Of a stretch of 64,000 bases of DNA, positions 41,359 to 50,725 are shown in pieces (position 1 is the first letter of the stretch; each line of letters begins with the position of its first letter). Origin of the DNA: Nitrospirota bacterium (GTDB lineage: Bacteria > Nitrospirota > UBA9217); the NCBI GenBank assembly GCA_963796285.1, contig CAWCKW010000012.1:832001-896000 (forward strand). The letters run 5' to 3'. A model generated the notes under the pieces. It saw only the letters and a program-made list of their open reading frames with translations. It had not been told where the DNA came from and made no database searches. A program made the position numbers and the translations under genes.

Positions 41359-42381
41359 CTATTCCCCCTTCTTATTCAGTTCTTTTACCTGTTTCTCTAA
41401 CTCAGCCACGAGCTTTTTCAACTCCGGCAGCTTCGGCAGCACCGCCTGAACCTTGAGCCAGTCCCTCTGCGGCATTGAGTAGGTTCCACCCACCACCTGA
41501 GCGGGTTCAATGTCTTTAATGATGCCGGACTGCGCTGATGCCATGGCGCGATCACCGATTGTCACATGATCGGCAATTCCTACTTGTCCTCCCAAAACAA
41601 CCCAGTTGCCGATCGTGCAGCTCCCGGAAATCCCAACTTGAGCGATGAGAATGCAGTGCTCGCCGACCGTCACATTATGGGCAATATGCACGAGGTTATC
41701 GATCTTGGTTCCCTTTTTAACGACGGTGTTGCCGAGGGTAGCGCGGTCAATGGTACTGTTCGCGCCGATCTCCACATCGTCTTCTATGATCACCCCGCCC
41801 ACCTGGGGTATCTTATGGTGTCGTCCGCCGTCGGTCACGAACCCGAAGCCGTCTCTGCCCAGCACGGCCCCGGAATTGATGATCACCCTCTTGCCGATCC
41901 GTATGTTCTCACCGATACTCACATTTGCATGAATGACGGAATCATCATCGACAACCGAACCCCTTCCGATCGAGACCCCGGGGTATACCGTAACGCGTTC
42001 GCCGATCTTCACCTCATCGGCCAAAACGGCAAAGGCATGAATAGAGGGGTCGGCTCCGATAACAACGTTCGCGCCGATCGCCGCTTTCTCGCTGATGCCG
42101 CTCGCTCGATAGGATTTGACATAAAACAGCTTGAGGGTCTGTGCGAATGCAAGCCGGGGATTTTTCAGCCGGAGCAGCGGCAAATGCATTGCCGGGGTGT
42201 CCAACGGCACCAGGGCTGCTGAAGCCCGCGAGCGCTCGAGGTCCTTGAGGCGATCTTTTCCATCGATGAAGGTAATCTGTCCTTCTATCGCGTCGCTCAC
42301 GCCTGCGGCGCCTCTGATGTCGACGTCAGCGGGTCCGGTCAGTACCGCACCGAGTATGTCTGCCAGTTCTTTCAGCTTCAT
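41359..42381 (-). CDS. lpxD: UDP-3-O-acyl-glucosamine N-acyltransferase
   Basis: DGFGF, KIPQVG, IDRAT, TKIDNLVHIAHN. Confidence 0.95.
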   Translation of the reverse strand: MKLKELADILGAVLTGPADVDIRGAAGVSDAIEGQITFIDGKDRLKDLERSRASAALVPLDTPAMHLPLLRLKNPRLAFAQTLKLFYVKSYRASGISEKAAIGANVVIGADPSIHAFAVLADEVKIGERVTVYPGVSIGRGSVVDDDSVIHANVSIGENIRIGKRVIINSGAVLGRDGFGFVTDGGRHHKIPQVGGVIIEDDVEIGANSTIDRATLGNTVVKKGTKIDNLVHIAHNVTVGEHCILIAQVGISGSCTIGNWVVLGGQVGIADHVTIGDRAMASAQSGIIKDIEPAQVVGGTYSMPQRDWLKVQAVLPKLPELKKLVAELEKQVKELNKKGE

Positions 42382-42390
42382 AGTCAGTAA

Positions 42391-42981
42391 TTACTTTTTG
42401 ATTTCTTCTTTTTTGGTTTCTTCCTTTTTGACTTCTTCCTTTTTTGCTTCTTCCTTCTTGTCCATTTCAGCAATGACCTTCTCGGTCAGGTCCAGGTCCT
42501 CATCAGCGTACAGGACCGCCGGGACCTCGGCTTTCGAAAGGATATTGATGGTCTTGTTCAATACAAGCGAGAACTTTTCCCGTTTGACGATGTCCTTGAG
42601 CACGACTACCAGCTGCTGATTGAAGTCGTTTGACAATTCCTCGTTCTTCTTCCCGATCTCACTGCTGAAGTCTTCACGCCTCTTCTGAAACTCACTGATC
42701 TTGCGATTGAGGGTCTCTTCCTTTTCCTTCCGCGCCTTTTCGCTCAGAACTTTGGCCTGCTTCTTTAAATCTTCCTGCAGCTTCTGTATCTCATCGGCAT
42801 CCTCGTCGAGGATCTTTTTGCGGCTTTCATAATATTCCCGCACGACATTTTGATATTTTTTGCCCAGCTTCGCCTTGTCGAATACCGCCTGGGTATCGAC
42901 ATAGGCTATTTTCCCTCCTGCCGCCATGGCGGTCGAGGCAAACAACATTATTGTAACGCACAACAAGACTATCTTTTTCAT
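42391..42981 (-). CDS. skp: Skp/OmpH periplasmic chaperone
   Basis: Signal peptide MKKIVLL...AMA, KIAYVD, coiled coil, VLYA...DLTEKV; RBS GAGGAGG; KKEE-repeat tail. Confidence 0.9.
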   Translation of the reverse strand: MKKIVLLCVTIMLFASTAMAAGGKIAYVDTQAVFDKAKLGKKYQNVVREYYESRKKILDEDADEIQKLQEDLKKQAKVLSEKARKEKEETLNRKISEFQKRREDFSSEIGKKNEELSNDFNQQLVVVLKDIVKREKFSLVLNKTINILSKAEVPAVLYADEDLDLTEKVIAEMDKKEEAKKEEVKKEETKKEEIKK

Positions 42982-43057
42982 CCCGGGGCCTCCTCTAAAA
43001 GTATTTTTTGTTTGTGATCGTTGTGTTGGATAATCGCGTTTCAGCCGTCGCGCATCC

Positions 43058-45397
43058 TTAAAACAGCGTGCCGATGGAAAAATCAAACTTACTTGCCTGA
43101 TCATCGGGTTTCTTGTGTATGATGTTACCCCATTCAAATTTGAGCGGCCCGATGGGAGAAAACCACCAGAAACCAAATCCCCAGGCCTGCCGCAGTTCGG
43201 AGAACTTCACGGTTTCGTAGGTGTCGAAAGCCTTCCCTATGTCATAGAAGAGCACACCCTTGAGCCGCGCAGCGGGAACGACCGGGAAGGTGTATTCGAC
43301 GTTATAGATCAGTTCCTTGTTCCCACCCAAACGGTTCAATACTGCGTCCATGGGGCCGTCGGACCCGTATCGAAAGCCGCGTACGGTCGAAGGGCCGCCG
43401 ACATAAAAGCGCTCGCCGAGGGGTACGGGTTTGTCTATAAGAGATTCCACGTACCCGTACCTGCCGCGGAACATAATGACGGTATCCCAGTACATCGGAA
43501 AATACCAAGCCGAATCGCCGATGGTCTTTATAAAATTCGGGTCGCCGCCGAGCGGTCCGCCCGCATATTCCACTAAGACGCTGTTCCTGGACCCGGTCTT
43601 CGGATCGAGGAAGACGTCCCGCGAATCCCGGGTAATGCTCCAGGAGAGCGCATTCGTGATGATGAGATCTCCATAGCTATTGAGCTGCTGCTGGAGAGCA
43701 AATGGCGCTGTCGTTGTTATATCCGTCACCAACGAGTTGTCGTAGCTGAATTTGAGCGAGGTCGATACATATTCACCGAAACTTTTTCCAACGCCGAGCG
43801 AAAGGCCGTTTGTTTTGAGTTTATAGCCGTCATAATCCTGCTCCTGTTTGTACAGGTCTGCTTTGCCGTACACTTCTTTGTCAAACAGATAGGGTTCCAT
43901 AAAACTCAGCATAAAAAGCTGCTGCGTTGAGCCCCATTGGACCTTGAATTTGAGCAGTTGGCCGCGACCGCCGAGGTTGCCCTGGGTAATTTCGGCAATG
44001 CCCATGAGCTTGTCCACGGAGCTATAACCGCCGCCGATGCTGAACGTTCCGGTGAGTTTTTCCTTCACCTTCACATTTAAATCCATGATCGGCTCCTGCA
44101 GCCGGCGGTCCGGGATGATATCTACGGTTTCAAAATAATTGAGATTGTTGATCCGCTCATAGCTTCTTTTGAGCGCTTTTTTGCTGTAGAGGTCCCCCTC
44201 GTCAAGCCGCATCTCTCGACGTACCACCTTGTCGCGCGTCTTGTTGTTGCCCGTGACATCGATCCGACCGATCCGAACTTCTCCGCCTTCCTGGATCTCG
44301 ATTTGGATAGCAACGGTTTTCTTGTCCTGGTCGATATTGAACTGCGGGGTGACGTTTGCGAAAGGCCGCGCGATGCTGTCGTAGCGGTCCATGATCCTGC
44401 TTACGTCCTGACGAAGCATCTCACGGCTGAAGATGTCTCCTTTTTTCAGCTTGATCTCTTTCGAAAGTTCTTCATCAGAGAGAAGCGTGTTCCCTTTCAC
44501 TGCCAGGGAACCAACCCGAAACTGATCGCCTTCTTTGACATTGATGTGTATGACGAGATCGCTCTTTCTGGTGAACGTTTTGGGCGGGCCCCAGAAATAG
44601 CATTCACGAAACGTAACGATCTCCGGTTTGATGACCGGTTCATCGACAATGACCTGGATATAACCTTTATTGTAGTAGAGGTTTCTGATGGTATCCAGGT
44701 CGTCCTTGAGTTCCTCCGTCCTCAGCGTTCCACTGTGGCCAAAGAAGTAATAGAATTTACGTTCCTGGTTCTTGAGGGCGTCCTTGATCTCCTTCGACGA
44801 CAGGGCCTTATTGCCGGTAATGATGACATCCGCTAATCGTACCTTGTTCCCCTCTTCAATAGAGAACACAACGTTCCGGTCGCCGCTGCGAAGTTCGGTG
44901 ACAACGGGCACCACGACAGCGTCGTAGAACCCGTCATCCTGGTACTTGAGCCGTATTTTCTCGGCATTGTCATTGATGAGCTGCATGTTGAAGGCGGTCC
45001 GCGGAAGCAGGGTCAGGCCTTCTTTCAGCTTTTCCGCAGTGTATTCATCATTGCCCTCAAAGGTAATTTCCCGGATAAGAGGCTTTTCCTTAACGGAGAA
45101 AATGACCTTGAGACCGTTTTCAAAACCCTCGGTCCTAACCTGAACGTCCTCAAAATGACCGAGCTGGTACAGCACCTTGATATCTTCCCGCACCACGGAC
45201 GGCGAAAAGACGTCCCCTTCTTTTGTTTTTATCTTGGCGAGGATCGTTGCTGTCTCTATTCTCTTGTTTCCCTGCACCTGGATCAGGGTCACTTTCGTAT
45301 CATCCGCCGCGCTGGAAATCGTAACAGCAGACAGGAACAACAACGTCAACACCCCGATTGTTGCAAGGTATTTATACACGATTAGAACATCCTCCAT
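43058..45397 (-). CDS. bamA: Outer membrane protein assembly factor BamA
   Basis: Five POTRA-like repeats, GNNKTRDKVVRRE, VRGF, SPIGPL, terminal F; start may be GTG at 45379. Confidence 0.96.
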   Translation of the reverse strand: MEDVLIVYKYLATIGVLTLLFLSAVTISSAADDTKVTLIQVQGNKRIETATILAKIKTKEGDVFSPSVVREDIKVLYQLGHFEDVQVRTEGFENGLKVIFSVKEKPLIREITFEGNDEYTAEKLKEGLTLLPRTAFNMQLINDNAEKIRLKYQDDGFYDAVVVPVVTELRSGDRNVVFSIEEGNKVRLADVIITGNKALSSKEIKDALKNQERKFYYFFGHSGTLRTEELKDDLDTIRNLYYNKGYIQVIVDEPVIKPEIVTFRECYFWGPPKTFTRKSDLVIHINVKEGDQFRVGSLAVKGNTLLSDEELSKEIKLKKGDIFSREMLRQDVSRIMDRYDSIARPFANVTPQFNIDQDKKTVAIQIEIQEGGEVRIGRIDVTGNNKTRDKVVRREMRLDEGDLYSKKALKRSYERINNLNYFETVDIIPDRRLQEPIMDLNVKVKEKLTGTFSIGGGYSSVDKLMGIAEITQGNLGGRGQLLKFKVQWGSTQQLFMLSFMEPYLFDKEVYGKADLYKQEQDYDGYKLKTNGLSLGVGKSFGEYVSTSLKFSYDNSLVTDITTTAPFALQQQLNSYGDLIITNALSWSITRDSRDVFLDPKTGSRNSVLVEYAGGPLGGDPNFIKTIGDSAWYFPMYWDTVIMFRGRYGYVESLIDKPVPLGERFYVGGPSTVRGFRYGSDGPMDAVLNRLGGNKELIYNVEYTFPVVPAARLKGVLFYDIGKAFDTYETVKFSELRQAWGFGFWWFSPIGPLKFEWGNIIHKKPDDQASKFDFSIGTLF

Positions 45398-45418
45398 TCG
45401 CCGCCATAAGAACGAAAT

Positions 45419-45447
45419 AATATAGCATGGAGTGGTGAGTGTGTAAA
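45419..45447 (-). promoter_or_regulatory. Candidate sigma70 promoter for the bamA-lpx operon
   Basis: TTTACA-N17-TATATT with TG extended -10. Confidence 0.55.
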
Positions 45448-45454
45448 CATAAAT

Positions 45455-46585
45455 TTATGCGCATAGCCTCGCAAGGGCTTCATCCAACAGCAGAATCCCG
45501 CGGTCGGTGAGTGTCAGGCGCCCTTCCTTCACGCGGAGAAGTCCCGCATCCCTGAGCAAGACCGCATTTCTCTCAAGCCGGCGCAGAGGGTCGGGGCCGA
45601 ACTCCCGTTCAAACCGGGAAAGGTCCAGTCCCTGTGAGGTCCGGAGACTGAGAAGAACCATTTCCCTCGCTGACGACCGCGGACCGACAATCTCCTGGTC
45701 ATCGATTATTGTCCGGCCGCTTGACAGTCGTTGCGCGTATTCCAATGTATCGGCGATATTGGCATATCGCCTCCCTGAAATGAACGACCACGCCCCTGGA
45801 CCAAGACCGAGGTATTCTCCACGTTCCCAATAGTTCATATTATGACGGCACTCATATCCGGGCAGGGAAAAATTCGATATCTCGTAACGTCCATAGCCCG
45901 CGTTGGTCAACGTTATGACCGCGCGTTCATACATCGCTGCGCAGATCTCTTCATCAGGCAGCGCGAATTCGCCGGCCTCCGACTCCCGCATGAACTGTGA
46001 CCCAGCGTCCAGGGAAAGGTTGTATGCCGAAATGTGTTCGGGTTTGAGCGCGATGGCCGCGTTCAGGGTCTCATCCCAGTCGGCAACGGTCTGTCCCGGT
46101 ATTCCGTAGATCAGGTCAATGCTGATATTTTTAAAGCCAACGCTTCTTGCAACCCTGAAAGCATCGGCGGCCTGCTTCGCTGTATGAAGCCTGCCAAGGA
46201 TTTGCAGTACCTCACCGGAGAAAGACTGTACGCCAAGGCTGAGCCTGTTCACGCCCTGTGAACGCATAAGCGATAGTTTCTCATGCGTGACCGTGTTCGG
46301 GTTTGCCTCGACAGTAAATTCAACGCTATCATCAATCGTGAAATGTTCCCTGATGATCCCCACGAGCAGACCAAACTGTTCAGAAGAAAGAACAGTCGGG
46401 GTGCCTCCGCCGATATAAATGCTGGAAAAGGCCCGATTCCTGAAAGCCTTCTTGTAGAGTGCCGCCTCGTGTTTGAGTCCGGATATGAATGCATCAGCAC
46501 TGCCGGATGAGTACTCTGTTGAATAAAAGCCACAGTACCGGCACTTTCTGACACAGAAAGGGACATGGATATAGAGGGATAACAT
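45455..46585 (-). CDS. hemW: Radical SAM heme chaperone HemW
   Basis: LYIHVPFC, CxxxCxxC (CVRKCRYC), GGGTP, YEISNF, HNMNYW signature. Confidence 0.88.
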   Translation of the reverse strand: MLSLYIHVPFCVRKCRYCGFYSTEYSSGSADAFISGLKHEAALYKKAFRNRAFSSIYIGGGTPTVLSSEQFGLLVGIIREHFTIDDSVEFTVEANPNTVTHEKLSLMRSQGVNRLSLGVQSFSGEVLQILGRLHTAKQAADAFRVARSVGFKNISIDLIYGIPGQTVADWDETLNAAIALKPEHISAYNLSLDAGSQFMRESEAGEFALPDEEICAAMYERAVITLTNAGYGRYEISNFSLPGYECRHNMNYWERGEYLGLGPGAWSFISGRRYANIADTLEYAQRLSSGRTIIDDQEIVGPRSSAREMVLLSLRTSQGLDLSRFEREFGPDPLRRLERNAVLLRDAGLLRVKEGRLTLTDRGILLLDEALARLCA

Positions 46586-46738
46586 ATTGATTTATCTATT
46601 CACTGTGATGCTCAACTGCACCAATTTGTATTGATCAGGCGATAAATGCAAGCCGAATGCCAATAAAAGAGAACGCCCGATACCGGGCAGCGAATGATGA
46701 GTACATTTATTCATAAATACGATGGCGTATTTGTCTTG

Positions 46739-46805
46739 GTAGCCGCAGGCTTTAGCCTGAGTTTATAATGCATTGAAAATCACGCAAACTGAAGTTTGCG
46801 GCTAC
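46739..46805. repeat. Inverted pair of GTAG-family REP sequences (REPIN-like)
   Basis: GTAGCCGCAGGCTTTAGCCTGAG (+, 46739-46761) and GTAGCCGCAAACTTCAGTTTGCG (-, 46805-46783); each is GTAG plus a hairpin. Confidence 0.75.
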
Positions 46806-46942
46806 CGATATGAATTTAGACTTTTTAAAAACCTCCCATAAATAAGTTACCGATTATGCATGGAGATGATTTCGATATCGAATTAGCGCCGTTCGATTGC
46901 TGCGAAGATGAAGTGAGTGAACAAATGAATGATATTCGTCAG

Positions 46943-47587
46943 CTACCAGAACCCTTCTTTATCTCTCGGAGTCGATCCAGATCCCCCTGCTGACGTTGCC
47001 GTGTAGTTATGCTGAACAAATATCCCGACAATCCCTATGAGAATACAAATCAATAACATAACAAAGAATTGACCGCCAACGTCTCGCAATCCATGAAATT
47101 GCTGAAATCCGAATAGAGTGTTCGGCATCCCTATAAATTTGCCGACGGAAACTACGATCAAATACGCACCTATAAAAGAGGTCGAAATAATGATCATGCT
47201 TTTGTGCTTGCTTATCGTTACAAAACCTCCAACAATCGCAAGCGGAATCGCAATAGCTGGATAAGCCGTACCAAAAATACTTGCGCTAATAGCTCCACCT
47301 ATGAGAAATCCAAGTGCTGCGCCTAAGATAAACAATCCAAAGACAAAAAAAACGATCATCAATGAGCTTCCAATCGTTCCGCCGACTAATCCTGCCAGTA
47401 TCGCGATCAGAGGATGGTTTCCTATGGAGTCAAATACAATCCTTGCACACAGCAAACCCCCAATAATAAAGCCAGTAACTCCCAGTACTAATTTTAACAA
47501 TCTATATCCAAAAAAACACTCGATTATCCCAATGATGAAAGTAAATCCTGACAGGGTATTCAATATGTTGTTTCCAACATTATTCAT
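46943..47587 (-). CDS. DUF4203-like multi-pass membrane protein
   Basis: CFFGYRL.K...G..GF..G pattern, Gly-rich TM helices, TSFIGAY. Confidence 0.72.
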   Translation of the reverse strand: MNNVGNNILNTLSGFTFIIGIIECFFGYRLLKLVLGVTGFIIGGLLCARIVFDSIGNHPLIAILAGLVGGTIGSSLMIVFFVFGLFILGAALGFLIGGAISASIFGTAYPAIAIPLAIVGGFVTISKHKSMIIISTSFIGAYLIVVSVGKFIGMPNTLFGFQQFHGLRDVGGQFFVMLLICILIGIVGIFVQHNYTATSAGGSGSTPRDKEGFW

Positions 47588-47757
47588 ATCTGGTTCCCCT
47601 CATTGTTTTCCAAGATGATCTGTTTTTTGACGCTCACCTTTGCTGATCAATGCTTTTCAACCTGACTCCTCAAGGGATTTCATTGGGTTCAACTCTCATT
47701 TGCTGACAAATGCAAGGAGAAAGACTTGGCCCTATATGGTCCTGGAAAAATAGATTG

Positions 47758-48120
47758 TTATACTGGATACTCGAAACCAGGGGCATCGACCATCTCGACA
47801 GGGAGCGGGAAAAGCACGGAAAAGACAACAAGATCTTCAGAACCGGAATTAAAAATCCCATGCACATCCCCTGGTAAGGCAACCGCAATATCCCCAGGCT
47901 TGACTGTTATTTTCTCTTTTGATGTTATATAATATTCCCCCACTCCCAGGACAATATACCAAATATCGTCGTTGTGGGGATGAATATGAGGATAGATCCA
48001 ATCCCCAGGGCTTACTCTCCAGAGATTTATGTCATGGTTTTCTGGATTATTTAGGACTTCTCTATATGTACGACCCTTATTAGGAACCACATCAAATATT
48101 TTGAATATTCTCTCGTTCAT
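47758..48120 (-). CDS. Cupin domain protein
   Basis: PHIHPH...WYIV.G.G and PGD...PGDVHGIFN motifs. Confidence 0.85.
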   Translation of the reverse strand: MNERIFKIFDVVPNKGRTYREVLNNPENHDINLWRVSPGDWIYPHIHPHNDDIWYIVLGVGEYYITSKEKITVKPGDIAVALPGDVHGIFNSGSEDLVVFSVLFPLPVEMVDAPGFEYPV

Positions 48121-48295
48121 TTGACAAACAGGAAAGGAACTTCCTCCTCCTTATTATAAATATCAAACGCTTTATATTGTAAAACGCATCTTTTACCTTT
48201 CAGGATGCCCACTGACACACATTATCTAAGCATGAGGGTTGACACTGTGAGCGTCAAGCCGCAAGACCTGATCCTATAGGTTTGGACATCATCTT

Positions 48296-48943
48296 CTAGG
48301 CAACTTTGCGCAGGATGACGTGCGTTGCACGTTCACCGTGTATGGTCTCGGCGCATGCATACCCCAGTGCCCGCATATTGATCCCGTTCAGCAGATGCTC
48401 GCCAGCACCAAGCAGAACCGGCCGGACCACGAGATGCAGCTCGTCGATCAACCGGGCGTTCAAATACTGCCGGATCGTGGCCACACCGCCGCCCAGGCGG
48501 ATATCCTGTTCGCCAGCAGCGGCCTTTGCCTGCTCCAGGGCAGCATGGATGCCTTCGGTCACGAACCGGAATTCAGTGCCGCCCTTCATCACGATCGGCC
48601 GGCGCGCATGATGCGTCAGCACGAAGACCGGCACGTGGTACGGCGGCTCCTCCCCCCACCACCCCTTCCAGCTGTCGTCCGGCCACGGACCCCGCACAGG
48701 ACCGAACATGTTCCGTCCGAGGATCCACGCGCCGATATTGACAAAGCTCTGCTCCGCCATCCGGTTGTCCACGCCTGTCTCGCCGCCCTCCTTCCCGTGC
48801 ATGCGCTGCCACATGTGCGTCCGGAAGAACCACTCGAACAGCTCCGGCCCGTGCGTGCCCAAAGGGTTTTGCAGGCCCTGGTCCGTCCCGGCGCCGTACC
48901 CGTCAAGCGATAAAGAAAAGCTGCTTACCTTGAGCTTCGACAT
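48296..48943 (-). CDS. Dihydrofolate reductase / RibD C-terminal family protein
   Basis: SLDGY, ILGRNMF, WWGEEPPYHVPVFVLTH, GGVATIRQYL..LIDE; GC-richer than its neighbours. Confidence 0.88.
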   Translation of the reverse strand: MSKLKVSSFSLSLDGYGAGTDQGLQNPLGTHGPELFEWFFRTHMWQRMHGKEGGETGVDNRMAEQSFVNIGAWILGRNMFGPVRGPWPDDSWKGWWGEEPPYHVPVFVLTHHARRPIVMKGGTEFRFVTEGIHAALEQAKAAAGEQDIRLGGGVATIRQYLNARLIDELHLVVRPVLLGAGEHLLNGINMRALGYACAETIHGERATHVILRKVA

Positions 48944-48997
48944 GACGCCCCCCCTTTCAGACTTTTGTATCAATTATAGCGCGAACGCACTGATAAT

Positions 48998-49080
48998 CTG
49001 CCGCTTGTTGAAGAGACGCTGTTCAGCTGCCGTTGGAGTCTTGACAAGCAGGTGGTAGTGGTTGTCTATCAGGCAATGCG
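48998..49080 (-). mobile_element. Decayed fragment of a REP-associated / IS200-like Y1 (HUH) transposase
   Basis: Hand translation gives HCLIDNHYHLLVKTP, then (other frames) RQLNSV and FNKR, matching the YCLMxNHxHLL..TP...RQLNGVY...FNxRH pattern of this family. Confidence 0.65.
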
Positions 49081-49141
49081 TAGGCAGTATTTATTTCGGG
49101 AATCCTGACAATAAGAATCAAGAAGGCAGTTAAAAAGATGG

Positions 49142-49756
49142 TTATTTCAATTTGTCGTCCTTGGTATACAACGCCGGATACATTTTCTGTGCGCATTCCG
49201 GACAGATCCCATGGGAAAATTCCACTCCCGAGTGCATTCTGATATATACCTCCACCTGCGTCCAGTAGCCCTTATCATCGCGGATCTTCTTGCAATTCAT
49301 ACAGATGGGAAGAAACCCTCTCAGTAGTTTGATTTCCTTCATAGAATCTTCGAGCTGGGTGAGCAATTTCTTGCGCTCGATGGCGTAACGGATTGCGCGT
49401 CCCAACGCTGGGCCGGTGACCAAGCCTTTCACCAGATAGTCCTGTGCGCCTTTGTGGACCGCCTCGACCGCAAGATCATCATCGTCGTGCCCGGTCAGGA
49501 CAATGATCGGGATATGGGATGTTTGAGCATAGACCGTTTCAAAGGTCTTGATGCCCATCGGTCCATCCGGAAGCGTAAGATCCAGCAGAATGACGTCAAA
49601 GAGAATGCGTTTCAGGCTTTCCAGACCGTCAGCGAGCCTCTCGACGTGGATCACATTGTATTTGATCTTCCGGGAAATGTTGAGATATCTTTCGATCAGC
49701 ACTGCATCATCGGGATTGTCTTCGATAAGCAGCGCAGTAATGGCTGTTGTTTGCAT
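49142..49756 (-). CDS. Response regulator: receiver plus Cys-rich C-terminal domain
   Basis: LLIEDN, ILLDLTLPD, IVLTG, GAQDYLVK; LPICMNCKKIRDD...SHGICPEC. Confidence 0.88.
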   Translation of the reverse strand: MQTTAITALLIEDNPDDAVLIERYLNISRKIKYNVIHVERLADGLESLKRILFDVILLDLTLPDGPMGIKTFETVYAQTSHIPIIVLTGHDDDDLAVEAVHKGAQDYLVKGLVTGPALGRAIRYAIERKKLLTQLEDSMKEIKLLRGFLPICMNCKKIRDDKGYWTQVEVYIRMHSGVEFSHGICPECAQKMYPALYTKDDKLK

Positions 49757-49880
49757 GGGTTTCAACTCCCGTGGGCCCACTTCGAAGATAGTGAAGGATC
49801 GGATGCTTCCTGATCGCACCAGAGGCATTTGGGGTCACTCATATGAAGGCTCCCTGTCCTGGACCTGTATCATTATGGAC

Positions 49881-50450
49881 CTATACCCACTTCACCTTCG
49901 GTTCCTTCTTGGAGGGCCTATTCGTTTCGCCCTTCGGATATCCCAACAGGATGGGGCCGAAAATCGCGTCCTCTTCCTGTAATTCAAGGAGGTCTCTTAC
50001 TTCCTGATCATCCGTCACCATCGCGCCAAAACCGACCCAGCAGCTACCCAGTCCCAGTGAATGAGCGGCAAGCATCATATTCTCGCATGCCAGGGGGCAG
50101 GAATGAGCGGCATAACGTCCATTGCCAATGACAAACACCACAGCCGGCGCTGAATAGTAAATGGGATCAGGCAGCTCGGCATAGCGTTTTTTTATAGACT
50201 CATAGCGTTCCGGGTCAACATCCTTGACCCCTTCGGTAAGCTTTTTAGCATTCGGCATTGCCGCGCCAAGGAGCTTTCTTTTTGCCGTGACATCCTGGAC
50301 AACGACAAACCTCCAGGGCTGGCTGTTCATCGCTGATGGCGCCTCATTCCCCGCCTCAATGATGGCGTTCAGCACCTCCCGGGGAATCTCTTTTGAATCA
50401 TAGGACCGGACAGAGCGTCTTGTTTTAATGGTTGCGATAACTGTGTTCAT
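49881..50450 (-). CDS. Nitroreductase family protein
   Basis: TRRSVRSY, APSAMNSQPWRFVVV, NMMLAAHSLGLGSCW, LGYP. Confidence 0.92.
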   Translation of the reverse strand: MNTVIATIKTRRSVRSYDSKEIPREVLNAIIEAGNEAPSAMNSQPWRFVVVQDVTAKRKLLGAAMPNAKKLTEGVKDVDPERYESIKKRYAELPDPIYYSAPAVVFVIGNGRYAAHSCPLACENMMLAAHSLGLGSCWVGFGAMVTDDQEVRDLLELQEEDAIFGPILLGYPKGETNRPSKKEPKVKWV

Positions 50451-50467
50451 AACCTGTCTCCTCTCGC

Positions 50468-50646
50468 TTATTCTTTATAAGATGAAGCACTCTTTTCACC
50501 CAAATCCCCCACGATCTCCCTGAACTGCTCCAGCGCCGCTTCAAGGTCTTCGACGATCTCCTGGGCGATGACGTCGGATCGGGGAGGTTGTCGGAGGCTT
50601 CGAGGGATTCGTCCTTGAGCCAGAAGATGTCGATGCTGGCGTTATC
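50468..50646 (-). pseudogene. hsdM: C-terminal stub of a type I RM methyltransferase (HsdM)
   Basis: Hand translation: DNASIDIFWLKDESLEASDNLPDP / DVIAQEIVEDLEAALEQFREIVGDL, one frameshift; typical HsdM tail. Confidence 0.75.
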
Positions 50647-50725
50647 ACCTCACCATGAAAACCGAACGCCACTCAAAAAACAAGTTAACCTCAGACGAAA
50701 CGTCCCCAAAGTTCTCTGGCTTTAA

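Noticed and set aside
37394-42222. Long plus-strand ORFs (254, 237, 187 and 218 aa) over gnnB, lpxA, fabZ and lpxD
   Set aside because: Codon-bias shadow frames of conserved genes
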